DNA of 38,601 nt from an uncultured Ferruginibacter sp. (GTDB lineage Bacteria; Bacteroidota; Bacteroidia; Chitinophagales; Chitinophagaceae): positions 1 through 38,601 of the forward strand of contig CAZKPH010000001.1 in assembly GCA_964554605.1 (NCBI GenBank), read 5' to 3'. Every line of letters starts with the position of its first letter. The first letter of the stretch is position 1. A model generated the notes under the pieces. That model made no database searches. It was not told the DNA's origin and saw only the letters and a program-made list of their open reading frames with translations. The position numbers were made by a program, and so were the translations under genes. Shown in pieces: positions 17,738 to 27,818 of this stretch.

Positions 17738-19864
17738 ATGCAAATTATTCAGAATATCCGCGAAAAAGGAGCTGCCATAGTAATTGCGGTAATTGCCCTT
17801 AGCTTAATTGGATTTATATTAATGGATGCTAAACAAGGTAGTAACCGTTTCTTTGGGTCCCGATCCAACGACATTGGAAAAGTTAACGGGGATGCTATAA
17901 CATATAACGAGTTCAGTAATAAAGTAAAACAGATGGAAGACCAATATGGCGGGCGGGTAAGCGGAAATATGATTTATCAGCTTCGCCAATCAGTTTGGGA
18001 CCAGATAGTAGCCGAAAAAATACTTACTGAAGAATTTGATAAACTTGGTTTGATTTTTACCCCCAAGGAACTAAGTAGCATAATTTTTAGTGATGATGCC
18101 CCGCAAACACTCAAGCAGGCATTTACAGATAAAGCTACCGGTGTATATGATATAGCTAAAGCCCAACAATGGTGGCAACAGGCTAAAAAATTCAAAGGGG
18201 AACAAAAAGAAGCTGTGGATCAACAAATCGTTGAGCCGTTGAAGTTGCAGACATTATACCAGAAATATACATCTCTTATAAGTGGCAGTGCTTACTATCC
18301 GAAATGGATGCAGGAAAAAGAAAATACGGAAAGCAAAACATTTGCTAACATTTCCTATGTATCTATCCCTTACAATGTTATTAATGATAGCGCTGTTAAA
18401 GTATCAGACGACGAAATTGTCAGCTACGCTAAAAAACATGAAAAATTGTACAAACAAGAAGGTGGCAGGAATATATCTTATGTTTCTTTTAATGCAGAAC
18501 CGAGTATTGCCGATACGGCAAAATCTTTGGATGCACTAAGTGTTTTAAAATCTTCTTTTGTTGCTGATACAAATGCAAAAATCTTTGTGGCAAGGAATAT
18601 GAGTGCCATTAATTATAACGATGCATTTGTTCCTAAGTCGAAATTAACAATGCCTCAAAAAGACTCCGTTGCCACAACCCCCATCAACAGCGTATATGGC
18701 CCATATCTTGATGGCAAGAATTTTGTATTGGCAAAAATGCTGGCATCGCGCCAAATGCCGGATAGTGTAAAATGCCGCCATATTTTGATTGCTACGAAAG
18801 ACCCTCAATCCGGAGAGCCCAAACTCGAAGACAGTATTGCACATAAAAGAGCAGATAGTATTGCCGCGGCTGTAAAAACCGGAGCAGATTTTAATGCCTT
18901 GGTTTTAAAATATAGTGACGACGAAGGAAGTAAAGAAAAGAAGGGAGAATATGATTTCACGGCAAGTCAATTTAGTACACTGGCAAAGGAATTTGCTGAA
19001 ACAATTTTTAATGGTAATGCCGGAGATAAAAAAGTTGTAAAAACAGATTTCGGATGGCATTATATTGAAGTAATCAGCCAGAAAAACTTTGAAACAGCGT
19101 ACAAAATAGCATACATGGCAAAGGAAATTTTACCTAGTGACGAAACAATTAATACAGCCAGTTCGCAGGCAACAAAACTTTCCGGTACAGCCAGAACGTT
19201 AAAATCGCTTGATGCGTATGTTGCAAAGAATGGACTGAGAAAAATTGACTATCCTGGTATCGTAAAGGAAAATGATTATTCCCTTGGGGGATTGCAAGAT
19301 GCCAGACAAATAATAAGATGGGCTTTTGAAGCAAAAGAAGGCGAAGTCAGTGAGCCATTTAGTGTTGCCGATCAATTTATCGTTGCTGTTGTTACAAAGG
19401 TTCAGCCCGAAGGCATACCCGATGCAAAAACACTAAGGCCCCAAATTGAGTATATAGTACGAAATGAAAAAAAAGCAGATGAAATAATTAAAAAACTGGG
19501 ATCCTCTCCTTCATTGGAATCTGCAGCCAAAACGTATGGAAAAGAAATTGCTATAGCCGGAGCGGATTCTTCTCTGACATTTACCGCTCAAATTGTGAAT
19601 GGTATTGGCCAGGAGCCCAAATTAATAGGAGCTTCGTTTAATAAAGCATATCAAACAAAAGTATCAGAACCGTTTTCTGGAAATAATGGAGTTTACGTGA
19701 TTAAAGTAAACAATATTGGAACGAAACCCGCAGACACGCCGGACATTGCTGCTCAGCAAATCAAAAACAGATATCAGTCTCTCCAGCAACAGATATCATA
19801 TGGTTGGTTTGAAGCGCTAAAGAAAATGGCAGATATCAAAGACTCAAGAAGTAAATTCAATTAA
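17738..19864 (+). CDS. Membrane-anchored SurA-N/parvulin peptidyl-prolyl isomerase chaperone (PpiD-like)
   Basis: N-terminal TM anchor, IGKVNG (SurA_N), and rotamase motifs VKCRHILI..YSDD.GS..VKTDFGWHYIEV. The ATG at 17738 is preferred over the TTG at 17726. Confidence 0.9.
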   Translation: MQIIQNIREKGAAIVIAVIALSLIGFILMDAKQGSNRFFGSRSNDIGKVNGDAITYNEFSNKVKQMEDQYGGRVSGNMIYQLRQSVWDQIVAEKILTEEFDKLGLIFTPKELSSIIFSDDAPQTLKQAFTDKATGVYDIAKAQQWWQQAKKFKGEQKEAVDQQIVEPLKLQTLYQKYTSLISGSAYYPKWMQEKENTESKTFANISYVSIPYNVINDSAVKVSDDEIVSYAKKHEKLYKQEGGRNISYVSFNAEPSIADTAKSLDALSVLKSSFVADTNAKIFVARNMSAINYNDAFVPKSKLTMPQKDSVATTPINSVYGPYLDGKNFVLAKMLASRQMPDSVKCRHILIATKDPQSGEPKLEDSIAHKRADSIAAAVKTGADFNALVLKYSDDEGSKEKKGEYDFTASQFSTLAKEFAETIFNGNAGDKKVVKTDFGWHYIEVISQKNFETAYKIAYMAKEILPSDETINTASSQATKLSGTARTLKSLDAYVAKNGLRKIDYPGIVKENDYSLGGLQDARQIIRWAFEAKEGEVSEPFSVADQFIVAVVTKVQPEGIPDAKTLRPQIEYIVRNEKKADEIIKKLGSSPSLESAAKTYGKEIAIAGADSSLTFTAQIVNGIGQEPKLIGASFNKAYQTKVSEPFSGNNGVYVIKVNNIGTKPADTPDIAAQQIKNRYQSLQQQISYGWFEALKKMADIKDSRSKFN

Positions 19865-19880
19865 CTGCTTATATAGTAAT

Positions 19881-19906
19881 AAGGCCGGGGTAACCCGGCT
19901 TTTTTG
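19881..19906 (+). terminator. Intrinsic terminator
   Basis: AGGCCGGG-gtaa-CCCGGCTT followed by a T tract. Confidence 0.85.
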
Positions 19907-19950
19907 TTTATATGAAACCCATCACAATTAAATAGTAGTAAATTTGTTAC

Positions 19951-20460
19951 ATGGGAGATACATTAGTAAATAAAGTTAGCGAAAGCGAACTGATAACACT
20001 TGACCTTGAAGATTACTTTCCAAAAGAAAGTGTGATTGAATTTGATCTCAAAGATTACCTTTTTATGGGGTTAATTTTAAAGGAAAGGGAATTCAGGGAA
20101 TCGTTAAAAACACTGGATGTTGAAAAATACAAAGGGAAAATAGTAGCAGTAACTTGTTCTGCAGATGCTATTATACCCATGTGGGCATATATGTTGGTGG
20201 CATCGGTTTTGCAACCTGTTGTGAAAGATATAATGTTTGGAAATGAATCCGAAGCAAAAAATTTTGTACACATTAAGAATATTTCTGAAATCAACCCTGA
20301 TAATTTTATTGATAAACGAATAGTAATTAAAGGCTGTGGGGATAAACCCATTAGCCAGGCGGCCTACCTGGAAGCAACAAAATTGCTGCGGCCTGTTGCA
20401 AAAAGCATTATGTTTGGTGAGCCGTGTAGTACTGTTCCAATATATAAGAACAAAGGGTAA
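19951..20460 (+). CDS. DUF2480 family protein
   Basis: LVNKV.ES.LITLDLEDY, GLILKE.EFR, CSADAIIP.WAYML, IKGCG and FGEPCSTVP; -7 box TAAATTTG at 19939-19946. Confidence 0.85.
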   Translation: MGDTLVNKVSESELITLDLEDYFPKESVIEFDLKDYLFMGLILKEREFRESLKTLDVEKYKGKIVAVTCSADAIIPMWAYMLVASVLQPVVKDIMFGNESEAKNFVHIKNISEINPDNFIDKRIVIKGCGDKPISQAAYLEATKLLRPVAKSIMFGEPCSTVPIYKNKG

Positions 20461-20509
20461 ATGGAAGACGATATTATTCATCTTCATTGAAAAATCATTA
20501 ATTCTGCTG

Positions 20510-21145
20510 ATGGTAGATGCATTGTTAAAAGGTATTGCTATAAGTTTATTACTGATATTTTCAGTTGGACCGGTAGTATTTACAATAATAAAACAAAGCC
20601 TCAACAACGGAAAAGCTGGCGGGTTTAGTTTTGTAGCTGGAGTGTGGCTAAGCGACTTACTTTGGGTTATTCTTAGTAATGCATTTTCACAGATAGTAAC
20701 AGAACTCCTGCATTTTAAAAAATCTATCGGATTTACCGGAAGCCTTTTTTTAATCGGCATGGGAGTATTTTATGTATTCTTCAAAAAAATACAGATTCGC
20801 AACGAAGAAGAGGCTGTTATTAAAATTTCAAAAGGGACCCACGCCCGGCTTTTTGTATCCGGTTTTTTGATCAATACATTAAATCCCGCCGTAATTGCTT
20901 TTTGGCTAACTACCGCCACTACAATTGCCGTTTCCAATACTATACAGGAAAGGATTGTTGTTTTCTCCACTTGTCTTATAATAAACATGAGTGCGGATAT
21001 ACTGAAAGTTGTATTGGCCGGAAAACTGCGAAAAAAACTGACGGATAAAAACATAATGCTGATTAATAAAATATCCGGCTCTCTTTTAATCCTTTTTGGA
21101 ATATTGCTTCTTTTAGGAATAGTATATACAGCAACAAAAAGTTAA
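20510..21145 (+). CDS. LysE/RhtB-family exporter
   Basis: ATG at 20510 (MVDALLKG..); SVGPVVFTII..S...G, GFLINTLNPAVIAFW and about 6 TM helices. The upstream extension to 20336 overlaps DUF2480 and was rejected. Confidence 0.88.
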   Translation: MVDALLKGIAISLLLIFSVGPVVFTIIKQSLNNGKAGGFSFVAGVWLSDLLWVILSNAFSQIVTELLHFKKSIGFTGSLFLIGMGVFYVFFKKIQIRNEEEAVIKISKGTHARLFVSGFLINTLNPAVIAFWLTTATTIAVSNTIQERIVVFSTCLIINMSADILKVVLAGKLRKKLTDKNIMLINKISGSLLILFGILLLLGIVYTATKS

Positions 21146-21151
21146 TATATA

Positions 21152-21841
21152 ATGCCGATTGTAAAAACGATATGGAAAAATTTAAAAAAGTTTTTTTTGT
21201 GGCTTTTTATTTTACAACTCGTATATATAATACTATGCCGGTGGATAAATCCCCCCATTACGCTTACCCAACTCTCATCGCTGCTTCACGGAAATGGATT
21301 AAAGAGAGACTATGTTGATATGGATCACATAAACGCAGAAATGAAATTAGCCGTTATGGCAAGCGAAGATCAACTTTTTCCCGATCATGACGGGTTTGAT
21401 CTGAAGGCAATAAAACTAGCGCAAAAATACAATAAGAAACATCCCAACAAAATCAGGGGTGCCAGCACTATTAGCCAGCAGGTGGCCAAAAATGTTTTTT
21501 TGTGGCAAGGCCGTAGTTATTTCAGAAAAGCACTCGAAGTTTATTTTACCTTTATGATAGAATTATTGTGGAACAAGAAACGGATATTGGAAGTATATTT
21601 AAATGTGGCAGAAACCGGTAAAGGAATTTTTGGCGTACAGCAGGCATCTGTTATTTATTTCAACAAAAATGCAATTAACCTTACAAAAACAGAAGCAGCG
21701 ATGATTGCAGCCTGTCTTCCCAATCCGAAACAATATACTGTTAACCCCCCAGGCAGGTATGTAATGCAACGATATGATAACATAATGCACCAGATGAATA
21801 ACCTACGCGGCGACCCGGATATAGAAGAACTGTTAAAATAG
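21152..21841 (+). CDS. mtgA: Monofunctional peptidoglycan transglycosylase
   Basis: GT51 motifs SEDQLF..H.GFD, GASTISQQVAKN, RKALE and KKRILEVYLN.AE.G. Confidence 0.95.
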   Translation: MPIVKTIWKNLKKFFLWLFILQLVYIILCRWINPPITLTQLSSLLHGNGLKRDYVDMDHINAEMKLAVMASEDQLFPDHDGFDLKAIKLAQKYNKKHPNKIRGASTISQQVAKNVFLWQGRSYFRKALEVYFTFMIELLWNKKRILEVYLNVAETGKGIFGVQQASVIYFNKNAINLTKTEAAMIAACLPNPKQYTVNPPGRYVMQRYDNIMHQMNNLRGDPDIEELLK

Positions 21842-21855
21842 AAAAATATAGAAAA

Positions 21856-22929
21856 ATGAAATTCAGAAATTTTAAAATGATTGGCTACGTTATTTATGGA
21901 CGTGGCTCATTTGATCAGCTAGACGAAATTTTATTGCCAAACAGGAAAAAAGATGCGCCAATAATCTTCCTGGTAGATCATTTTTTCGAAGGTAAACCTC
22001 TTGCTCAAAAAATTCCGTTAAGGGGGAAAGACAAAATAATTTTTGCTGATGTTACGCACGAACCCAAAACCTATTACGTGGATAATATAGCCCGACAACT
22101 AAAAGAAGAATGTGGTACGGTAAGTGGTATTGTAGGCATTGGAGGCGGTTCGGCAATGGACCTTGCTAAAGCTGTCTCGTTAATGATGACTAATCCGGGA
22201 AGCAGCGCCGATTACCAGGGGTGGGACCTTGTAAAAGTGCCAGGTGTATATAAAGTAGGTATACCAACGCTAAGTGGTACCGGGGCAGAAGTAAGCCGGA
22301 CAACCGTATTAACCGGACCAACAAGAAAATTGGGGATGAATTCGGATTATACTCCTTTTGACCAAATTGTACTAGATCCGGAATTAATTGCCAATGCACC
22401 GGCCAATCAGCGATTTTATACAGGGATGGATTGTTATATACATTGTATAGAAAGCCTTACCGGAACATATTTAAACGAATTCAGCAAAAGTTATGGAGAA
22501 AAAGCCTTGCAATTGTGCCGTGATGTATATGTGAATAAAAACGATTGGGATGACAGTTGTGATGATAAATTAATGATGGCTTCTTATGCAGGAGGAATGA
22601 GTATTGCTTATTCCCAGGTCGGAGTAGCACATGCAGTTAGTTATGGGCTTAGCTATCTGCTGGGAACAAAGCATGGTATTGGAAATTGTATAGTATTTAA
22701 TCACCTTGAGGAGTATTATCCCGAAGGCGTGAAGGAATTTAAATATATGGTTGAGAAAAATAAGATTGAAATACCAACGGGAATTTGTTCAGGATTGACA
22801 GAGGAGCAATTTGATACAATGATTAATGTTTCGCTGGGAATGAAGCCACTTTGGGAAAATGCATTAGGAAAAGACTGGGAAAAGATTATGACCAGGGGAA
22901 AACTTAGAGCGTTATACGAAAGGCTTTAG
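21856..22929 (+). CDS. kdnB: Iron-containing alcohol-dehydrogenase-family enzyme, KdnB-like (Kdo 8-oxidase)
   Basis: F.NFK..GRGSF.QL, GGGS.MD.AKAVSLM.TN.GS.ADYQGWDL, GMDCYIHC.ESL.GT.LNEFSK and MSIAYSQVG..HAVSYGL match my recollection of Shewanella KdnB over the full length. Confidence 0.78.
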   Translation: MKFRNFKMIGYVIYGRGSFDQLDEILLPNRKKDAPIIFLVDHFFEGKPLAQKIPLRGKDKIIFADVTHEPKTYYVDNIARQLKEECGTVSGIVGIGGGSAMDLAKAVSLMMTNPGSSADYQGWDLVKVPGVYKVGIPTLSGTGAEVSRTTVLTGPTRKLGMNSDYTPFDQIVLDPELIANAPANQRFYTGMDCYIHCIESLTGTYLNEFSKSYGEKALQLCRDVYVNKNDWDDSCDDKLMMASYAGGMSIAYSQVGVAHAVSYGLSYLLGTKHGIGNCIVFNHLEEYYPEGVKEFKYMVEKNKIEIPTGICSGLTEEQFDTMINVSLGMKPLWENALGKDWEKIMTRGKLRALYERL

Positions 22930-22983
22930 ATGGCCAGCAAAGAAGCATTTCTGGCATTATAATATATTCCTCAACATGTCGGA

Positions 22984-24240
22984 ATGCTTCTTTATTTTAA
23001 AAACCGCAGCATTCATTTTAATTATAAAAAAATGCATTGTACTGTTGTACAAAAAGAGTGTAAAAAAATGTTGCTTCTGCTTTTTCTGTTGTCGTGCAAT
23101 GCCGTGTACCCTCAAAAACCCATTGCGAAAGTAAATATAAATTATAGGCCTTTTCCGGAGATCAACACATTGCTTAATAGGATTTATAATAATTCTCTCA
23201 ATGGATTTTATGTTAAATTAAAAGAGCTAAAAGAAGGAAAAAGAAAGAATGTGGTCGTTGTTCACATCGGCGATTCTCATATACAGCCCGATTTCATGTC
23301 TTCTGAGATACGATCTAAACTACAGGCGGATTTCGGAAATGCCGGAAGGGGCCTCGTCTTTCCATACCAGTTAGCAGGGTCTAATACCCCACAAGATATT
23401 TACTCAAAGTCAGAAAAAATTTTTTTATTCAACAGGGTTGCCCATCCGGAAATTAATATTTCTCCTGGCATATCCGGCTTTGTTTTACAAACAAATGAAA
23501 CCAATACGACATTTACAATAAAACTTATATCAGGAGACACGACAAAAGATAATTTTAATAGAATAAAATTATTTACAAACAATTCTCACGGAATACTAAG
23601 CGCCCTTTCGGAGACGGTAAGTTATAATGCAATAAACAATAACGCAGATATTTCTTTACAACGCAGTACAAATGAAATTTCTTTGACTAATGTAAAAGAT
23701 ACTATCACAATGTTCTGGGGTGCGGATTTACAAAATGGGAAAAACGGGGTACTGGTACACACAATTGGTGTAAATGGCGCCAAGTACGAACAATACAATA
23801 TGGCACCATTGTTCTGGCAACAATTGAAGGTACTTAAGGCTGATTTGTTCATTATTTCTTTAGGAACCAACGAGGCACAATCTCTTACATTTGATGATAC
23901 ATTATTTACCGAACAGATTAATCTTTTTGTAAAAAATATTAAGGGGGTAAACCCTGAGGCGCAACTTGTTTTAACAACACCGCAGGGGTCTTTTAAAAAC
24001 GGGATTCCCAATATCAATATAAAAAGAGCAAGCGACCTTATTCAGGCTTATTGCGACAAAAACCATATAGCAATATGGAATTTGTATAAAATAACAAATG
24101 GCTATTTGTCTTCAAAAAAATGGTTCAAAGCAGGGCTTTTGAGAATCGATGGGATACATTTTACTTCGGAGGTATACCGGTTGCACGGAAAATTATTTAT
24201 CAATGCGCTGATGGACGGCTATAATGGATTTATTAAATAA
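22984..24240 (+). CDS. Exported SGNH/GDSL hydrolase (PatB/Ape-like O-acetyltransferase or esterase)
   Basis: HIGDSHIQ, GVNGA, SLGTNEA and DGIHF blocks. The true start is probably the ATG at 23032 or 23068. Confidence 0.82.
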   Translation: MLLYFKNRSIHFNYKKMHCTVVQKECKKMLLLLFLLSCNAVYPQKPIAKVNINYRPFPEINTLLNRIYNNSLNGFYVKLKELKEGKRKNVVVVHIGDSHIQPDFMSSEIRSKLQADFGNAGRGLVFPYQLAGSNTPQDIYSKSEKIFLFNRVAHPEINISPGISGFVLQTNETNTTFTIKLISGDTTKDNFNRIKLFTNNSHGILSALSETVSYNAINNNADISLQRSTNEISLTNVKDTITMFWGADLQNGKNGVLVHTIGVNGAKYEQYNMAPLFWQQLKVLKADLFIISLGTNEAQSLTFDDTLFTEQINLFVKNIKGVNPEAQLVLTTPQGSFKNGIPNINIKRASDLIQAYCDKNHIAIWNLYKITNGYLSSKKWFKAGLLRIDGIHFTSEVYRLHGKLFINALMDGYNGFIK

Positions 24241-24244
24241 ATTT

Positions 24245-25885
24245 CTAAAATCGAAGATATATTGGCATTACCTGTTCGCTTGATTTGAACATGCCATATA
24301 AACAAAGAAACACAAAGAAAATAATTATATAAACAACAACCGGAATTCGTTTATATTTTCCTATTATCCCCTCGGCAAACTCATCGGGGATAGAGTGTAA
24401 TACAAAAGCAAGAATTAAAATCCCAACAACAGACTGGTAGTTTTTTAAGAAGGGAATAACTACAACAGACCCAAAATCAAACAAAATTTGGTTAATCATT
24501 AGTATGGCAGTATTGAAATTATTCGCTTTAAAAAATATCCATGTGAAGCACACAAACTGGAATGTTATAAAAGCGGATAATATTTTTATCAGTATTGAAT
24601 TGTTTTTCTTGATCTTAAGAAATACAGTGAAAGTTTCCCATAACTTATGGATAGACAAAGCAATCCCGTGTAATGCACCCCAAATAATAAAGTTCCAGCT
24701 TGCACCATGCCACAAACCGCCAAGCAGCATTGTTGTTAATAGATTAAATGAGGTGGCAATTCTTCCTTTTTTTCTATTAATAATGGCGGGCAGAATAATA
24801 ATAATACCGATCAAAAGCATGATAGCGGCAGCGTAAACAACACTTAATTTTAGCAGGTTAATTAGGCCAAAGTATAAACCAACGAAGAATAATATTGCAA
24901 AAAAATATGTAGCAAAACTACCTCCCCTGTTTCCTCCTAATGGAATATATAAATAATCTTTTAACCACGACGAAAGAGAAATATGCCAACGCCGCCAAAA
25001 TTCACTGATATTTTTACTTTGATACGGTGAAAGGAAATTACCGGGGATATTAAATCCTAGCCACCTCGCAATACCAATAGCTACATCGCTGTATCCGCTG
25101 AAATCACAATAAATAACGATCGCATACCCATATACCGCCATGAGATTTTCAAATCCGGAATACCTGGCCGGATCCTCAAAAACGTAGTCAACAAAATTTA
25201 GAGTAAGGAAATCAGAAATAATAAGCTTTTTGAAAAGCCCGCTAATAATAAGGTAAAAACCCATTGCAAACTTACTTTCGGATATTTCATAATCCTGGTT
25301 AATCTGCGGGACGAAATCATGTGCCCTGACAATAGGCCCCATAACCAGTTTTGGGAAAAAAGAAAGAAAAAGGAGATAATCGGAAAATTTTGTTGCCGGC
25401 TTGAATTGGCCCCTATATACATCTATTGTATAGCTCAGGTTTTCAAATGTGTAAAAAGAAATCCCAACGGGCAGAATAAGGTTCAGTGGATGAATATGCT
25501 GTGTGCCAAAACTATTTATGATAGAGATGAAGAAATTGGTATACTTAAATGTTATCAGCAAACCGAGATTGAATACAATACTGATATAGAGCAAAACCAA
25601 TTTCTTTGTGCCGGGATTTTGCTTATAAATAAGATTGGATAATATAAAATCTGTAATAGCTGAAATGATAACAAAGGCAACAAAATAGCCACTGGCTTTG
25701 TAAAAGAAATAAAGCGAAAAAAAACAGAATATATATCTTTTAATTGCTTTTCTTTTCCTGAAAATATAAAACAAGGCAATAAAAACAGTAAAGAAATAAA
25801 CAAAAAACCCATTATTGAACAACAATGGCTCTTTTGGATTATAAAGAAATTGATGAAAAAAATTATTTAGGTCAAACGAAAGCAT
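24245..25885 (-). CDS. MBOAT-family O-acyltransferase (PatA/AlgI/DltB-like)
   Basis: LPVGISFYTF, GPIVRA, YCDFSGYSD.AIG, FWRRWHISLSSWL.DYLYIPLGG and GGLWHGASWNF. Confidence 0.95.
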   Translation of the reverse strand: MLSFDLNNFFHQFLYNPKEPLLFNNGFFVYFFTVFIALFYIFRKRKAIKRYIFCFFSLYFFYKASGYFVAFVIISAITDFILSNLIYKQNPGTKKLVLLYISIVFNLGLLITFKYTNFFISIINSFGTQHIHPLNLILPVGISFYTFENLSYTIDVYRGQFKPATKFSDYLLFLSFFPKLVMGPIVRAHDFVPQINQDYEISESKFAMGFYLIISGLFKKLIISDFLTLNFVDYVFEDPARYSGFENLMAVYGYAIVIYCDFSGYSDVAIGIARWLGFNIPGNFLSPYQSKNISEFWRRWHISLSSWLKDYLYIPLGGNRGGSFATYFFAILFFVGLYFGLINLLKLSVVYAAAIMLLIGIIIILPAIINRKKGRIATSFNLLTTMLLGGLWHGASWNFIIWGALHGIALSIHKLWETFTVFLKIKKNNSILIKILSAFITFQFVCFTWIFFKANNFNTAILMINQILFDFGSVVVIPFLKNYQSVVGILILAFVLHSIPDEFAEGIIGKYKRIPVVVYIIIFFVFLCLYGMFKSSEQVMPIYLRF

Positions 25886-25893
25886 GATGATGT

Positions 25894-27243
25894 TTATTTC
25901 TTTTCAAGTTTTGCAGAATATTTCCTGTAATCTTTCATTATGGCATCATAAAAATAATGCCCGATCCTTTCTGCACCCTTATGATTTGGGTGAATGTAAT
26001 CTTTATTGGCAGCCGGTGGGTCTTCGTTTACCCATCTTACAATAGCATTTTTCCCTCCCATCGTTTCAAATAAATTAAAGAACGCACAATGCGTGTCCAT
26101 GGCAATGTTAGCTTGTTCTTTAATTAAAGAGTCAATTCCGATGGCAGACGCATACCCATCATTATATTTAAAAGCCCTGTCTGCAGAACTGACAATTAGG
26201 AAATCTGTATCTGTAAAAATACTTTTCAACTCTCGGATTACGCTTTCGAACTTATTGTGGTACCATGTAAATTTTATATCGTTAGGGCGAAAAAGGACAT
26301 TTACCCCATATTGAAAAACAAACAGGTCATATAGTTTGCTTTGTGCGATTGATCTTAAAATGGAAGTATCAATTTTTATCAATTCTATGCCCGAAGACCC
26401 TCTGAATGAGAAATTGTCTACAATAATACCATTTTCCGATTCTATACTTCCTCCGAAAATAACGGCACTCTGGGATGAAATATTAAAATTTAATTTATGC
26501 CCGGGATCATTTGATAGTAATGTAATGTTAAAGGGTTGTTTGTTTTCTAACAGGGTGAGTACTCCGTTAACAGATGCCCAAGCGTTTCCATTTGCACGGC
26601 CGGTGAACAGATATTTTTGTATGAGCTCTGAAGAATCTTTTATCGTATTGTCAGTATAGTTGCCCCAATCGGTATTTCCAGAAAAAGAATAACCCGACAA
26701 AAAAAACATATTGTTACCCGTATTTCTAAAATTATCAGCCCTCCAGCCTTCGGAGGCGCTCGAACTAAGAGTAGTCCTGCTTTGAGATGAAACGGATTGT
26801 ATTGGAAAATATCCAACGCCCCTTCCTCCGAATTCTTTTTGCAATAACTCCCTCAGCGTTTGCGTGATAAGATCTCCCTCTATCATACTGTCGCCAAAAA
26901 AAGCGATGCGCACCTTTCTTTTTTTCCGGAGTTTTATTTCCTGTAATTTTTTCATAAACTCTGTCATAGCCGGAAAAGATGTATCTGTATTGAATGAAGT
27001 AATTTGAGAGGGCGTAGTATAAAGGCCTAATGACCGTTCTTTGGGGTCATTTTGAGGAGATGCGGTTTTTATTTTATTTTTTTTAAAAGGGGTATTCGGG
27101 TTCTTATGCAGAAACTCCGAAACCAAATTTACTTTTTTGAGAAAGGGTACGTTAAAATCAAAAAGAATATCTAAAACAGAGATGGATAAGTAAATAAGAA
27201 AAATAAGGGCTATTGTTATTAATGCTTTGGAGTTTCTATTCAT
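25894..27243 (-). CDS. Membrane-anchored SGNH hydrolase-family protein (PatB/AlgJ-like)
   Basis: ATG at 27243 followed by an N-terminal TM helix; FFGDSMIEGD, FRGSSG, QYGVN and DYIHPN. Confidence 0.82.
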   Translation of the reverse strand: MNRNSKALITIALIFLIYLSISVLDILFDFNVPFLKKVNLVSEFLHKNPNTPFKKNKIKTASPQNDPKERSLGLYTTPSQITSFNTDTSFPAMTEFMKKLQEIKLRKKRKVRIAFFGDSMIEGDLITQTLRELLQKEFGGRGVGYFPIQSVSSQSRTTLSSSASEGWRADNFRNTGNNMFFLSGYSFSGNTDWGNYTDNTIKDSSELIQKYLFTGRANGNAWASVNGVLTLLENKQPFNITLLSNDPGHKLNFNISSQSAVIFGGSIESENGIIVDNFSFRGSSGIELIKIDTSILRSIAQSKLYDLFVFQYGVNVLFRPNDIKFTWYHNKFESVIRELKSIFTDTDFLIVSSADRAFKYNDGYASAIGIDSLIKEQANIAMDTHCAFFNLFETMGGKNAIVRWVNEDPPAANKDYIHPNHKGAERIGHYFYDAIMKDYRKYSAKLEKK

Positions 27244-27257
27244 TTTAGGTTTAATGG

Positions 27258-27713
27258 TTAAAGCTTGTATTTTTTGATTACCCCAACCACTCTGTTTTTC
27301 CAAACATCCGGTTTTTCGGAATAACCTGTCCTGCTAATTTCGTGAATCCACAATTCATAGTTTTTGCTGCCTCTTAATTTTTTGTAAAATTTTTTATTTA
27401 CAATTAGCTCACAGAAGGCAACATATGAATCTTCGACGGATTTATATTGTTTATACCGGGTTTTTATCTTGTGCGTTTCCGCTATTTTGTTTTTTCCTGT
27501 TATTCCAAAATGATTTTTTAAAATATTTGCCTTTTTATCCATTCCGGCGGAAGACTCTACAATTGCTACAGAAAGGATAACGGCCCTGGGAATACCATAT
27601 ACAAGGGCCAGGGAATCCGATATTCTGGAATATTTTTTAATATACTTTTCCTGTCCGTAAGAAAAAAGTACAAAAAATATAAAAACAGTGAAAAATAAAA
27701 TATTCTTTTTCAT
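27258..27713 (-). CDS. GH73 glucosaminidase/FlgJ-like peptidoglycan hydrolase
   Basis: Signal peptide; YGIP.AVIL..AIVESS.G, NHFGI, YK.Y.S.EDS and GYS motifs; -7 box at 27761-27768. Confidence 0.88.
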   Translation of the reverse strand: MKKNILFFTVFIFFVLFSYGQEKYIKKYSRISDSLALVYGIPRAVILSVAIVESSAGMDKKANILKNHFGITGKNKIAETHKIKTRYKQYKSVEDSYVAFCELIVNKKFYKKLRGSKNYELWIHEISRTGYSEKPDVWKNRVVGVIKKYKL

Positions 27714-27818
27714 TGCAAGCGGTTTGATGTTTACACAAAGAGCATAACCAGTGTATACACCAAATTTAATAAAAATAAAATGCGAAAGAAATAACCGATC
27801 TGTATTGGCCAGGTATTT

